DNA of 64,000 nucleotides from an uncultured delta proteobacterium (GCA_963729715.1 CAVSPA010000005.1:448001-512000), one strand, 5' to 3'. Shown: positions 1 to 10,370, counted from the stretch's first letter. Notes: a model not told the origin generated them from the sequence alone. Made by a program: numbers and translations.

Positions 1-1296
1 TTTCTCGTCCTTGCCGCCGCATCCGTCATAGGAACCCTGCTGCCACAAGGGCTCGGCGAAGCGGAGCTCCAGAGACACTATAGCGAGCGTGCCATCTGGT
101 TTATCACGACCTTCGGCTTGAATGACCTCTACCATACCGGATGGTTTCGACTCCTCCTTCTTATCCTGTGTGCCAACCTCGTCGTCTGCACCATCGAGCG
201 ACTGCCTAAGACACTGAAGATCTTCCGGCGCCGTGAAGAGCAGGTGGACCCCGAGAAGCTCGCCAAGTGCAGCCTCAACTGTCAGTTCACCTCAACATTT
301 TCCCGGGATGAAACCGAAGCGCGGCTCACCAGAATTATTTCAGAAGAGTTCGGCGTCTTGCATAGGCTCGATGAAACCGATCACTTGGCGGGAGTGGCCG
401 AGAAAGGCCGCTGGAGTCCTCTCATGGTCTATGTCGTCCATCTGAGTGTCCTGCTGGTGCTCTGCGGCGCTCTCGTCGGTTCCATATTCGGCTTCAAGGG
501 TTTCATGAACATCCCCGAAGGGGAAGCCACAAACGAAGTCATGCTCGATGGCAGCGATCGCGGAATGAATCTTCCTTTTCAGATTCGGTGCGACAGATTC
601 GACGTGTCTTATTATGACAACGGCATGCCGCGGGAATTCCGCTCGGATCTGACGCTGATCCGCGATGGGAAGGAGGTCCTCAAGCGGGAGCTGCGGGTGA
701 ACGATCCTCTCACGTATGAAGGCATCACCTTCTATCAGGCATCCTACGGCGCCATACTCAAGGATGCGGATGTGGAACTCACGGACAGAGAATCGGGAGC
801 CGTTCGCAGGCTCGTCATTCCCTTCCGGGAATGGGTGGATATTCCCGGCACGCGGGACAGGGCGCAGATACTCCGGTTCGACGCGGACTTCCGGGGACTC
901 GGCCCCGTAATGGTTCTGATCACTTCGAGGGCCGGCGGAGAGCCCTCAGGTTCGCGGATCCTCATCGAGAGGGATTTTCATGGCAACAGGGTTGAGAACT
1001 ACAATGTGAGAGTCTTACACGCCACCCGGATACCTTACACCGGTCTGCAGGTGAAGCAGGACCCGGGCGTATGGCTTGTCTGGCTGGGCTTTGCGGCGAT
1101 GCTGGTGGGAATAGGTCTCACCTATTATGTAAGCCATCGCAGATTGTGGGTATGGGCAGCGGGCGAGGCGGGGACAAAGATTGTCATCGCCGGAAGAACC
1201 AACAGGAATGAAATATCTTTCGAACAGGAATTCAACAGACTGTGCGACCGCCTACAGGCTGAGCTGGGACAAGGGGGAGGAGGAAGCAGGCCATGA
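1..1296 (+). CDS. resB: Cytochrome c biogenesis protein ResB/Ccs1 (System II), 5'-truncated by the window edge
   Basis: Frame is open from base 1 (FLVLAAASVIGTLLPQG). Motifs LYHTGWF, VHLS, VNDPL..G..FYQASY and TGLQVKQDPG. Overlaps ccsA via ATGA. Confidence 0.9.
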   Translation, partial: FLVLAAASVIGTLLPQGLGEAELQRHYSERAIWFITTFGLNDLYHTGWFRLLLLILCANLVVCTIERLPKTLKIFRRREEQVDPEKLAKCSLNCQFTSTFSRDETEARLTRIISEEFGVLHRLDETDHLAGVAEKGRWSPLMVYVVHLSVLLVLCGALVGSIFGFKGFMNIPEGEATNEVMLDGSDRGMNLPFQIRCDRFDVSYYDNGMPREFRSDLTLIRDGKEVLKRELRVNDPLTYEGITFYQASYGAILKDADVELTDRESGAVRRLVIPFREWVDIPGTRDRAQILRFDADFRGLGPVMVLITSRAGGEPSGSRILIERDFHGNRVENYNVRVLHATRIPYTGLQVKQDPGVWLVWLGFAAMLVGIGLTYYVSHRRLWVWAAGEAGTKIVIAGRTNRNEISFEQEFNRLCDRLQAELGQGGGGSRP

Positions 1297-2141
1297 TTAC
1301 GAGCTCGATCCTTCTTGCCATAACCACCTTTGCCTATCTCCTCTGTGCGCTTCTCTATCTTGCGGGAGTCATTTTTCGCCGCCGTACGATTATGCTCTGG
1401 GGCAGTGTCACTGGTGCGGCTACGCTTATCATACAAATGGCGGGAATGATTCTCCGCTGGCGGGAATCCTACCAGATAGGTTACGGGCATGCGCCTCTTT
1501 CCAATCTTTATGAATCATTGGTATTCGCAGCCTGGGCGATCATACTCATTTATCTCGTCATGGAATACCGGACCAAGCAGCGGGCTCTCGGTGTGTTCCC
1601 CGCTCTCTTCGCCTTCCTGGCAATGGCATACGCCTCATTCTCCATGGGTGTAAGCTCGAAGATTCAACCGCTTCTCCCCGCCCTGAAGAGCAATTGGCTC
1701 ATCGCCCATGTCGTCACCTGCTTCATTGGCTATGCTGCCTTTGCGCTTTCGTTCGGCATCAGCATCCTCTATATCGCAAGGGAATCGAAAAAGGAGACCT
1801 CCGGCACTTCACGCTCCCTGCTTCCCGATCTCAGGCAACTCGACGAGCTCAACTATCAGATGGTGCTCTTCGGGTTTCTCTGGCTGTCGCTGGGGATCAT
1901 CACAGGTTCCGTCTGGGCGGATCTGGCGTGGGGCGCTTATTGGAGTTGGGACCCCAAGGAGACGTGGTCTCTGATTACCTGGCTGATATACGCGGCACTC
2001 CTCCACGCCCGTACCATGAAGGGATGGCGCGGCAACCGTGCGGCGTGGCTCTCCATCATCGGGTTCGGTTGCGTGCTCTTCACCTATTTCGGCGTCAACT
2101 TTCTTTTGGGCGGTTTGCATTCCTACGCTACTACAAAATAG
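1293..2141 (+). CDS. ccsA: Cytochrome c biogenesis protein CcsA/ResC
   Basis: WWD domain WADLAWGAYWSWDPKETWSLITW, HAPLSNLYES, C-terminal GLHSY; multiple TM helices. Confidence 0.95.
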   Translation: MITSSILLAITTFAYLLCALLYLAGVIFRRRTIMLWGSVTGAATLIIQMAGMILRWRESYQIGYGHAPLSNLYESLVFAAWAIILIYLVMEYRTKQRALGVFPALFAFLAMAYASFSMGVSSKIQPLLPALKSNWLIAHVVTCFIGYAAFALSFGISILYIARESKKETSGTSRSLLPDLRQLDELNYQMVLFGFLWLSLGIITGSVWADLAWGAYWSWDPKETWSLITWLIYAALLHARTMKGWRGNRAAWLSIIGFGCVLFTYFGVNFLLGGLHSYATTK

Positions 2142-2162
2142 GTTTCCGTACCCGGCTAAGAT

Positions 2163-3626
2163 TTATTGTTCAGTCTTTGCCTCCCGGAGAGCCGCCTCCA
2201 TGTACCGGTAGATTTCTTCAACATTTGGAGACACAACCTCCGGGTTCCCTCCCGTATATCGCCCGTACGAATCATTGAACCGCGCGGGTATGCGGCCGCA
2301 TAAAAACTCATCGAGGTAGCCCAGCTCAAAGTAGGCCTTCTTATGCGCAAGGTATTTATCTTCCGCATGTATATAGCCTGCGACGGCCCTGGCCACATTG
2401 CAAAGGCGAAGAAACCATTCCATGTCTATGTCATGGTAGGATTTGAAATAATATATCCCCTGCTCCTCCCGAAATTTGCCGTCCCTCACCAATGCCTCTT
2501 GGATTGGCGTCCCCGGGTAAGGAATCAGGGTCTCTGCATAGACAATCTCGGCCCCCATTTCAAAAATCCGTTTGGCAAGTAGAATGGTCTCGCGCATCGT
2601 GGCGATGGTATCACTGGGCCCGAACAAAATGAAATTGACGACCGGAGTCAAGTTCTGCTCTATGCAGTAAACCACACCGCGGATGATATCCTCCGGACCT
2701 GCACCTTTCCGGTAATAGTCAAGGACTTCGACAGAGCCCGACTCCGCGCCGACATACAATCCCCGAAAGCCGGCATCAGCTAATACGGAGGCCATAATAG
2801 GGTTTTGGCAGATATCGTCGATCCGGCCCTCCGCATAAAATTCCACCCCGCCGGCCAATCCCAGGCGCTGAATACAACGGCAGATCTCCCGGACCCGTTT
2901 CAGGCTGAAGGTGAAATTATCATCGGTGAACATGATCCTTTTGGCGCCGCCGGCGACTAAATCTTTGATCTCTTCCGCCAACGTGACGGCATCTCTCGTC
3001 CGGACTGTCCGCCGATACTGAGCTTGAATTGAACAGAAGGTGCAGTTGTGGTGGCAACCCCTGCTTGATGATATGCTCCTTGTCTTGTATTTTTCATTGC
3101 GAACGAGATGGTGGGCAGGCTTTGAGAGATCGTTCAGATTCTTTTGTAGGGCCCTGTCTGCATTGTGGATGATCTTGCCGTCGTCTCGGTAGCTAATCCC
3201 TTCAATGCCGGAAAATGCCTTTCCAGCGGTGAAGCTAAGGATCAACTCCCGGAATGACAGTTCTCCTTCACCTCTGACACAGACATCAATGTCGTCTTGC
3301 TTTCTCAAGATATCATCGAACATGACCGTCGCATGCATGCCGCCCATGACGGTCAGCACGGCTGGATTGAGATTTTTGGAGATCTCGCAGATCTCCTGTG
3401 CGGAGCGAAAGCTGTGGGACATAGCTGTCACGCCGACGACCTGTGGCGATGATCGACGGATCATATCCCTGAGGGCATCATGGCCTTCTTCAGGAGAGTA
3501 TATGTCGAGATCCAGGATCGATACATCGATGCCTTCCCAGAGGAGAGGTGCCGCCAGGCACTCCAGTCCCAATGGCGGAATTTCCGAGCACCCATTGTAT
3601 CTTGGATTGACGAGAAGCACTTTCAT
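2163..3626 (-). CDS. B12-binding-domain radical SAM protein (class B methyltransferase-like)
   Basis: N-terminal PPLGL..LAA / GG.HAT / VRGEGE cobalamin-binding domain; SSRGCHHNCTFC CxxxCxxC motif; DDNF, GAESGS, PYPGT. Confidence 0.88.
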   Translation of the reverse strand: MKVLLVNPRYNGCSEIPPLGLECLAAPLLWEGIDVSILDLDIYSPEEGHDALRDMIRRSSPQVVGVTAMSHSFRSAQEICEISKNLNPAVLTVMGGMHATVMFDDILRKQDDIDVCVRGEGELSFRELILSFTAGKAFSGIEGISYRDDGKIIHNADRALQKNLNDLSKPAHHLVRNEKYKTRSISSSRGCHHNCTFCSIQAQYRRTVRTRDAVTLAEEIKDLVAGGAKRIMFTDDNFTFSLKRVREICRCIQRLGLAGGVEFYAEGRIDDICQNPIMASVLADAGFRGLYVGAESGSVEVLDYYRKGAGPEDIIRGVVYCIEQNLTPVVNFILFGPSDTIATMRETILLAKRIFEMGAEIVYAETLIPYPGTPIQEALVRDGKFREEQGIYYFKSYHDIDMEWFLRLCNVARAVAGYIHAEDKYLAHKKAYFELGYLDEFLCGRIPARFNDSYGRYTGGNPEVVSPNVEEIYRYMEAALREAKTEQ

Positions 3627-3836
3627 TTTGATCGACGAGTGTCCTTTATATTAGTTGTCCTGCCGACCTGCCTTTAGCGCTTGTGCCATAGATTAAGTGA
3701 GAGTCTTGCTTCTTTGTGAGGGTTGAATTAATGATGACTGCTCCAGGTATCGAGCGTCCTGTCCAAATTAGGCACGTGAAACTACGGAAGCAATGTCCGA
3801 GCCGCGTTATAATTCGAGGATATACCGAAAGCTGAA

Positions 3837-3858
3837 TATAAATCTTCGGTGATTTATA
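3837..3858 (-). terminator. Hairpin just 3' of tRNA-Sec (possible terminator or processing stem)
   Basis: TATAAATC-ttcggt-GATTTATA 8-bp inverted repeat 5 nt past the CCA end; AT-rich with no clear U-tract. Confidence 0.3.
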
Positions 3859-3863
3859 AAGAT

Positions 3864-3961
3864 TGGCGGAAGTGCATGGGAATCGAACCCACCTGGGACG
3901 GTTCTAGCGCCCCACACTGGATTTGAAGTCCAGGAGGCCCACCAGTGACCTTGGCACTTCC
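3864..3961 (-). tRNA. selC: tRNA-Sec (anticodon UCA)
   Basis: Reverse complement GGAAGTGC...CTGGA-CTTCAAA-TCCAG...GTGGGTTCGATTCCCAT-GCACTTCC-GCCA: 8-bp acceptor stem, UCA anticodon, long variable arm, encoded CCA, 98 nt. Confidence 0.96.
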
Positions 3962-3967
3962 GCACGA

Positions 3968-5209
3968 TTACGGATACTGAGGCTTAAGCATTTGTTCGAG
4001 AGACGCGTCGAGCAACTGAACGGCTACCTCTTCACCTTTTTTCACAGAGGTCGTATTTTCCGGCAGGATAATAAGGCCATTGGCTCTGACCATTGACTTC
4101 AGTATGCCGGATCCTTGATTTCCCGTAGATGTTACAGTGTAATTCCCGTTCTTGTAATCGACGCGGGCCCTGATAAAATGCCTCGCCCCTTTCTTTTTTA
4201 TGATGTCTTCCCGAACTGTCGCTTTGACAGTCCTCCTGAACAGATTCTTATGGCCCATCATCTTAAGAATTGACGGTCTGACAAACTGTTCAAAGGCGAT
4301 CATCGACGATACGGGATTGCCCGGCAGTCCGAAAAGAGGAACACCGCCCATGGAGCCGAAGGCAAGGGGCCTGCCGGGCCTCATGGCAACCCGCCAGAAC
4401 TGCATTTTGTTCCCCACTTCCTTCATCACATCCTTGACGAGATCGTAATCTCCCACCGATACGCCGCCAGATGAAACTATAATATCAGCGCGCAGGGCGG
4501 CTTTGAATTTTGAGACAAGGTCCTCTCTCGTATCTTTCGCGATGCCTATCTGAAGGGGAATACCGCCGCAGTCAATAATCTGGGCAGCGAGGGAGTAGCT
4601 GTTGCTGCTCACTATCTGCCACGGGCTTGGATGTTCATCAATATCGACCAGTTCATCTCCTGTGGCCACGACGGCAACTACGGCCCTCTGGTATGCACTT
4701 ATAGAGGAACGGCCCAGCGACGCGAGCATTCCTGTTTCCGCCGGTCTGATGATATGGCCCCGGGGAATGACGAGCTCCCCGTCTTTGATATCTTCGCCTG
4801 CAAATCTTATATCCTGGCCCTCTTCAGCCTCTGCGAATATTTTGACCTTCCGTTCCTGCTTCGCCGTGTCTTCCACTCTCACGACGGCGTCGGCGCCGTC
4901 CGGAACAGGAGCGCCGGTCATGATCCTCGATGACTCGCCTTTGCCGACAGCCTTTTGAGGAATAGCCCCGGCGGGCAGATTTTCGATGACATTGAGAACG
5001 ACGGGCTTCTCTCTCGAAGCACCCCGGGTATCTTCCCAGCGCAAGGCATAGCCGTCCATAGCCGAGTTATTTTTTGGCGGAATGTTCCTGGCTGCGTATA
5101 TATCCTCGCCGATGACCCTTCCCAGGGAATTTAGGATGTTAACCTTCTCCTGCCCTAATGGAACAAATACATCGAGAATCTTATGCAAAGCATCTTCAAC
5201 GCTGATCAT
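3968..5209 (-). CDS. moeA: Molybdopterin molybdenumtransferase MoeA
   Basis: NSAMDGYA, IMTGAPVP.GAD, TGDEL, SGGVSVGDYD, GLPGNPVS. Start moved to MISVEDAL (ATG 5209). Confidence 0.95.
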   Translation of the reverse strand: MISVEDALHKILDVFVPLGQEKVNILNSLGRVIGEDIYAARNIPPKNNSAMDGYALRWEDTRGASREKPVVLNVIENLPAGAIPQKAVGKGESSRIMTGAPVPDGADAVVRVEDTAKQERKVKIFAEAEEGQDIRFAGEDIKDGELVIPRGHIIRPAETGMLASLGRSSISAYQRAVVAVVATGDELVDIDEHPSPWQIVSSNSYSLAAQIIDCGGIPLQIGIAKDTREDLVSKFKAALRADIIVSSGGVSVGDYDLVKDVMKEVGNKMQFWRVAMRPGRPLAFGSMGGVPLFGLPGNPVSSMIAFEQFVRPSILKMMGHKNLFRRTVKATVREDIIKKKGARHFIRARVDYKNGNYTVTSTGNQGSGILKSMVRANGLIILPENTTSVKKGEEVAVQLLDASLEQMLKPQYP

Positions 5210-5362
5210 CGTCTGATATCTAAAAAACCTGACACCCGAGAAGTTAAGCCGCAAAGTCAAGCAATGCGGGGGCCCGCGCATGAGCAATACTGATATTTTT
5301 CATCGGCTTATAATATTTCTCCCTTCCGTCTAATGACAGAGGGGAGATTTTCAAAGCCCTCA

Positions 5363-5480
5363 TTGAAGCTCTCCGCAGCAGGCTGCGGAGAATCTTCGAT
5401 TCTTAAGGAAAAGTGCCGTTCGGCATTCGCTCGCTTACCCCGCAGCAAGCCGCGGGGAATGCACTCGCTACCGAATTCAA
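5363..5480 (+). repeat. Two-hairpin palindromic element (PATE/REP-like, IS200/IS605-end-like), long copy
   Basis: TTGAAG-CTCTCCGCAGCAGGCTGCGGAG...CCCCGCAGCAAGCCGCGGGG-AATGCACTCGCTACCGAATTCAA; shares ends with the copies at 15756 and 54575. Confidence 0.75.
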
Positions 5481-5703
5481 CACTGGTTCTTTAAAATAGC
5501 TATCCCAAATGCCCCCCCTTGTCAATAACTAAGGTGGGCATGTTTATCCTTGAATAAAATATGTGTATGATATAGGTGAAGTTTCCTGGCTGGCAAGCCC
5601 CCGGGACGATGCTTGCCATTTAGCAAATGAGTGCATATTAATATAAGAGATTTCCGATCCGGTAGTTTCTCTCCTCGTTGAACGGGATCGCAGAGCTTTT
5701 TAC

Positions 5704-8700
5704 GTGAGAAAAATTATTAATAAAGAAAAAAAATTGGACGGCCCTCCCTTTACAGCCCTGTTTGACGGGATAAGGGAGAGAGAGAAAGAACTGACTGTCA
5801 GCGGCCTTCGGGGTTCAGCAAGATCCTTCCTCCTTTCGTTAATCTCCAAACATACTGACAGGACGCTGATCGTAATCGCCCCCACGGAGAGGGAAGCCAG
5901 GGACATCCACCAGGATATTTCCTTTTTTCTCGATAGCGAAAATAGCGTCTTCCTGTATCCTTCGTGGGATTTTTTTTCCACAGACATGCTGGCTTTTCAA
6001 CAGGATGTGGAATTGTCCCGCATGGAGATCCTCTGCAGATTCATCATGGGAAGGCAGGGCGTAGTCGTAGTACCGCTCAAGGCCCTGATGCAAAAAATCA
6101 TGCCCCGAAAAATCCTCGAGGCCTATATCGAAACAATTTCCATCGGGGACACGATAGACAGGGATAATCTCGTGCAGAAATTATCACAGGGGGGCTACAA
6201 GAGGGTAACACTTGTGGATGAAAAGGGCCAGTTCAGCTTGCGGGGCCATGTCATAGATATCTTTCCTCCGACGGCTCTCCGGCCGGTCAGGATGGAGTTC
6301 ATCGGGGATGAACTGGAATCAATCAGGGAGTATGACCCCACGGCCCAGCGGTCCACCGGTGAATTGGTAGATTTTACGCTGACCCCCGCGAGAGAAGTGA
6401 TCCTCTCCGATGAGAGAAGACAGCAGGCCATAGAAAATATCAAGTACAGGTCTCTTGAATTGGAGCTTCCCCGGATGGTGAAGACCAATCTTGTCGGGAT
6501 GCTGGAAAATGGTCTTATCTCTTCCGTGAATCCCATGTACCTGCCTCTGTTCTACGAATCTTTGGAAAAGGCAGCAGGGAAGAGCGTTCCCGATCCTACG
6601 GCAGAAGCAGGAAGACAATATCTCTCGGGCGCACCCGGGACATTATTTGATTTCCTACCTGAGAGCTCCATTCTTGTTTTTGACGATTTACCCGCAATTG
6701 AAAAGGCACGGGAGGACATTGAAAACGCAATCGACCGCTTCTTGCTTAAGGCCCGCGGCGGGGAGAAATTTTATTTAGAAAAGGGTGCTTTTTATCTCAC
6801 GGAAGCGGCTGTTCTTGTGCAATCGGATAATTTTCAAAAAGTATTTCTCGAAGGTCTGCATATTATGGATTCGCGTCATGATGAAAAGGGCGCCGCTTCT
6901 TCAAATATAGAAATTCATGCAGACACAGATTGGCGGCCGCCTCCCGCGTCACCGAGACCGCACGAGGGAGACGGATTGCTTAAGCCTCTCGCGGAGAAGA
7001 TAACGGAGTGGCTTCATGAAGGGTATCTGGTGCAATTCTTAGGAACGGGCCAGGAAGAGGTGGAACGCTTGGATCATCTCTTCGAACAGTACAGCCTGCC
7101 CGTGACCAGGTCAAAGGCGTCTTTCGCATCCGACGTCGAAACGCACACAGGGAACGGACTTCTCGTCATCAGAGAAGGCAAACTGACGGGAGGATTCCGT
7201 CTTCCCGATCTGAAACTCATTGTCATTACGGAAGAGGAAATATTCGGCAAGAAGATACCGCGAAGGCGGGCGCGACATGTTAGGGAAGGGTACTTCCTGA
7301 AGTCATTCGGCGATCTGAAAGAGGGGGATTATGCAGTCCACACGGACCACGGCATCGGAGTGTACCGGGGGCTTCAGAAGCTCGTTGTCAGTGAAATAGA
7401 GAACGACTTCCTCCTTCTTGAATATCTGGATTGCGACAAACTCTACATACCGATAGACCGGCTCGATCAAATCCAGAGGTACATCGGTCCCGAAGGCGCC
7501 ACACCAAGAATCGACAAGCTTGGCGGCTCTTCTTGGGAAGCGGTAAAAGAAAAGGTCAAAAAGTCTGTCCGCGAGGTCGCGGAAGAACTGGTTTCCATAT
7601 ATGCCGCGAGGGAAGTAATGGACGGCCATGCCTTTTCCGCCCCTGACAGGATTTACGATGAATTCTGTTCCACTTTTGAATATGAGGAAACACCCGATCA
7701 GTCGAGATCCATTGAGGACGTCCTTCTTGACATGGGCCATGAAAAGCCCATGGACAGGCTGGTTTGTGGCGACGCGGGATTCGGAAAGACCGAGGTTGCC
7801 CTGAGGGCGTCATTCCGTGCGGCCATGGAAGGAAAACAGGTAGCCATCCTGGTCCCTACGACGATACTCGCGGAACAGCACTTCCAGACATTTTCCCGGA
7901 GATTGAAAGACTATCCCGTCCGCGTGGAAGTCCTGAATCGTTTGAAGACGAAGAAGGAGCAGCAGGAAATCGTGCAGGGAGTAAACAAGGGTATCGTGGA
8001 TATCGTCATCGGGACCCATCGTCTGTTGCAGAAAGATATCGTGTTTAAGGATCTGGGACTGGTGATTATAGATGAGGAACAGCGTTTTGGCGTAACCCAT
8101 AAAGAGAAGCTCAAGAAGCTCAGAACCCTTGTAGACGTCCTTACCCTGACCGCGACGCCCATACCGAGGACTTTGCATCTTTCACTCGTCGGCATCCGCG
8201 ATTTGTCCATCATCAATACGGCTCCGGAAGACAGGCTTCCCATAAAGACCTCTGTATTTGAATTCAGCGAGGACATAATAAGAGACGCCATCTGGCAGGA
8301 AATCAACAGAAACGGCCAGGTCTTTTTTCTCCATGACAGGGTGCAATCCATATACACTATGGCCAGGCTGGTTGAAAAACTTGTTCCGGAAGTGAGGATC
8401 GGCGTTGTACACGGGCGAATGAAGGGCGCCGATATTGAGGATACGATGGCAAGATTCGTCCGGGGAGACTATAATTGCCTGGTCTGCACGTCCATAATAG
8501 CATCCGGCGTAGATATTCCCACGGCAAATACGATAATCATCAACCGAGCCGACCGGTTCGGACTCGCGCAACTGTATCAGATCAGGGGAAGGGTCGGGCG
8601 GTCCAAAGAAGAGGCTTATGCCTGCCTCCTCGTGCCCAAGGGGGCAATGTTATCGCGGGACACTCAGAGGCGGCTTCGTGTTATAATGGACTTTACCGAA

Positions 8701-9309
8701 CCCGGTTCCGGCTTCCGCCTTGCCTCCAATGACCTGGAAATAAGAGGGGCCGGAAATATTCTCGGGACATCCCAATCAGGACAGATTGCGGCCGTAGGGT
8801 ATGAATTGTATACGGAATTAATGGAGCGGACCATCAGGGAAATCAAGGGAGAAGAAAGACCCGTCGAAGAGGCGAAACCGGAAATACATTTAGGGTTGCC
8901 CGCATTCATACCCGAGGACTACATGCCCGACGTCCACCGCAGGCTTGTCACTTACAAGAGATTATCCATGGCTTCGACAGATGAAGACATAGAAAAGATC
9001 AGAGAGGAGATTGTCGACTGCTATGGGTTTGTACCGCCTGAGTTGGAAAATCTTTTCGAGGCTATAGGCATCAGGAATCTCCTGGCAGTTGTCAAAGGGA
9101 AGAAGATGATATACGATGGGAGAACCATGCAGATCGAATTTAGTCTGGAAAGCCCCGTGAATCCTGTGCGTATCGTCGACCTCGCGCGGAAGAAAATGGA
9201 AGGGATGAAGTTGACGCCTGATTTAAAACTCAGCGTCTTCATGCCGGATCTCAGGGCGAGCGATGTTACAAGACAGACAAAGGAACTGCTGAAGCTGCTG
9301 GTCAATTGA
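5704..9309 (+). CDS. mfd: Transcription-repair coupling factor Mfd
   Basis: 1201 aa; UvrB-like N-terminus, CarD/RID (VH..HGIG.Y.G), DRLVCGDAGFGKTEVA, DEEQRFG, TATPIPRT, QIRGRVGRS, TRCF C-terminus. Confidence 0.97.
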   Translation: MRKIINKEKKLDGPPFTALFDGIREREKELTVSGLRGSARSFLLSLISKHTDRTLIVIAPTEREARDIHQDISFFLDSENSVFLYPSWDFFSTDMLAFQQDVELSRMEILCRFIMGRQGVVVVPLKALMQKIMPRKILEAYIETISIGDTIDRDNLVQKLSQGGYKRVTLVDEKGQFSLRGHVIDIFPPTALRPVRMEFIGDELESIREYDPTAQRSTGELVDFTLTPAREVILSDERRQQAIENIKYRSLELELPRMVKTNLVGMLENGLISSVNPMYLPLFYESLEKAAGKSVPDPTAEAGRQYLSGAPGTLFDFLPESSILVFDDLPAIEKAREDIENAIDRFLLKARGGEKFYLEKGAFYLTEAAVLVQSDNFQKVFLEGLHIMDSRHDEKGAASSNIEIHADTDWRPPPASPRPHEGDGLLKPLAEKITEWLHEGYLVQFLGTGQEEVERLDHLFEQYSLPVTRSKASFASDVETHTGNGLLVIREGKLTGGFRLPDLKLIVITEEEIFGKKIPRRRARHVREGYFLKSFGDLKEGDYAVHTDHGIGVYRGLQKLVVSEIENDFLLLEYLDCDKLYIPIDRLDQIQRYIGPEGATPRIDKLGGSSWEAVKEKVKKSVREVAEELVSIYAAREVMDGHAFSAPDRIYDEFCSTFEYEETPDQSRSIEDVLLDMGHEKPMDRLVCGDAGFGKTEVALRASFRAAMEGKQVAILVPTTILAEQHFQTFSRRLKDYPVRVEVLNRLKTKKEQQEIVQGVNKGIVDIVIGTHRLLQKDIVFKDLGLVIIDEEQRFGVTHKEKLKKLRTLVDVLTLTATPIPRTLHLSLVGIRDLSIINTAPEDRLPIKTSVFEFSEDIIRDAIWQEINRNGQVFFLHDRVQSIYTMARLVEKLVPEVRIGVVHGRMKGADIEDTMARFVRGDYNCLVCTSIIASGVDIPTANTIIINRADRFGLAQLYQIRGRVGRSKEEAYACLLVPKGAMLSRDTQRRLRVIMDFTEPGSGFRLASNDLEIRGAGNILGTSQSGQIAAVGYELYTELMERTIREIKGEERPVEEAKPEIHLGLPAFIPEDYMPDVHRRLVTYKRLSMASTDEDIEKIREEIVDCYGFVPPELENLFEAIGIRNLLAVVKGKKMIYDGRTMQIEFSLESPVNPVRIVDLARKKMEGMKLTPDLKLSVFMPDLRASDVTRQTKELLKLLVN

Positions 9310-10364
9310 TGAATCTCTTATTGAAAATTATATTCGCCGGAAATGGCGTCTTTGCACTGCTTCCCTTCACCACACTTACGGGGGGCGGCAGGCATTACGC
9401 ACCTACGATCGGCAGAATCATGCTTTGCCTTCTTGCGGCCGTTCTGATCTGCACCGCATGCGGTTGCGGGGAAACTGGTACGTCAAGACCACTCGCAACT
9501 GTGAACGGCATGACTATCACGGTTGCCGAGTTTAATGAGAGATTTGTCAGAGATGTGAATTCATTACTGGACAAATCATCCCTGACCCCGGACGACTATG
9601 ACCGCCTCAAAGAGGAGGTTCTGAATATTTTAATTGATGAAAAGGTCATGCTGTTCCGTGCCAAGGAGTTATCCATATCCGTCAGCGATGCTGAATTGGC
9701 AAAGAAGATTGAAGATATTAAAGAAAGCTATTCGTTAGAAGGCGGTTTTGACAAGTCCCTGGCAACGCGAGAAGTCGATTATGGCCAATGGAAGGAGGAA
9801 CTGAGAAAACGAACAACCCTCGAAAAGCTGATTTCCGCGGAGGTGAATGCGACGATTCAAGTGAAAGAAGATGAGAGAAAGGCATATCGGAGAAAGCACA
9901 AGGGTGTGTATGCTGCGGAAAAAAGAGTGCACGTGGCCCAGATAGTTGTAAGGGAGCGGGAGAAAGCAGATGCCATCCTGAAAAGGTTGATGAAAGGCGA
10001 GGATTTTGCTAAGGTTGCCCGGGAAGAATCCATTGGTCCCGAGGCGAGGACAGGCGGTGACCTTGGTTTTGTAAGTCAGGGCTTCATGCCGGAAGAAATC
10101 GATGCCGCTATCTTCTCGCAGCGACCTGGAGAAATTGGTCCGGTCGTAAGGAGTCCCTTTGGATATCACATTTTTAAGATCATAGAAAGGGACAAGAAAG
10201 GGAGGGACGTTATCAAAGGCCAGGTCCTGAACGATCTGAGGAAGCAGAAAGAGGACGAGGAGTATGCGCTGTGGCTGGGCGCCCTAAGGTCCAAGGCGGA
10301 AATAAAAATCAACAGGGACCTTCTGAAAGAAGAACCGGTTCCCCCGATTAATAAAGCAGAATGA
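9306..10364 (+). CDS. SurA/PrsA-like parvulin peptidyl-prolyl isomerase (exported, possibly lipoprotein)
   Basis: LATVNG..IT, HVAQIVV, FAKVAREES, GGDLGF, SPFGYHIFK; follows mfd. Start uncertain. Confidence 0.85.
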   Translation: MMNLLLKIIFAGNGVFALLPFTTLTGGGRHYAPTIGRIMLCLLAAVLICTACGCGETGTSRPLATVNGMTITVAEFNERFVRDVNSLLDKSSLTPDDYDRLKEEVLNILIDEKVMLFRAKELSISVSDAELAKKIEDIKESYSLEGGFDKSLATREVDYGQWKEELRKRTTLEKLISAEVNATIQVKEDERKAYRRKHKGVYAAEKRVHVAQIVVREREKADAILKRLMKGEDFAKVAREESIGPEARTGGDLGFVSQGFMPEEIDAAIFSQRPGEIGPVVRSPFGYHIFKIIERDKKGRDVIKGQVLNDLRKQKEDEEYALWLGALRSKAEIKINRDLLKEEPVPPINKAE

Positions 10365-10370
10365 CGAGGT

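Noticed and set aside
5318..5347. Imperfect hairpin TCTCCCTTCCGTC/GACAGAGGGGAGA as a second repeat family
   Set aside because: Only one degenerate copy seen in the window.
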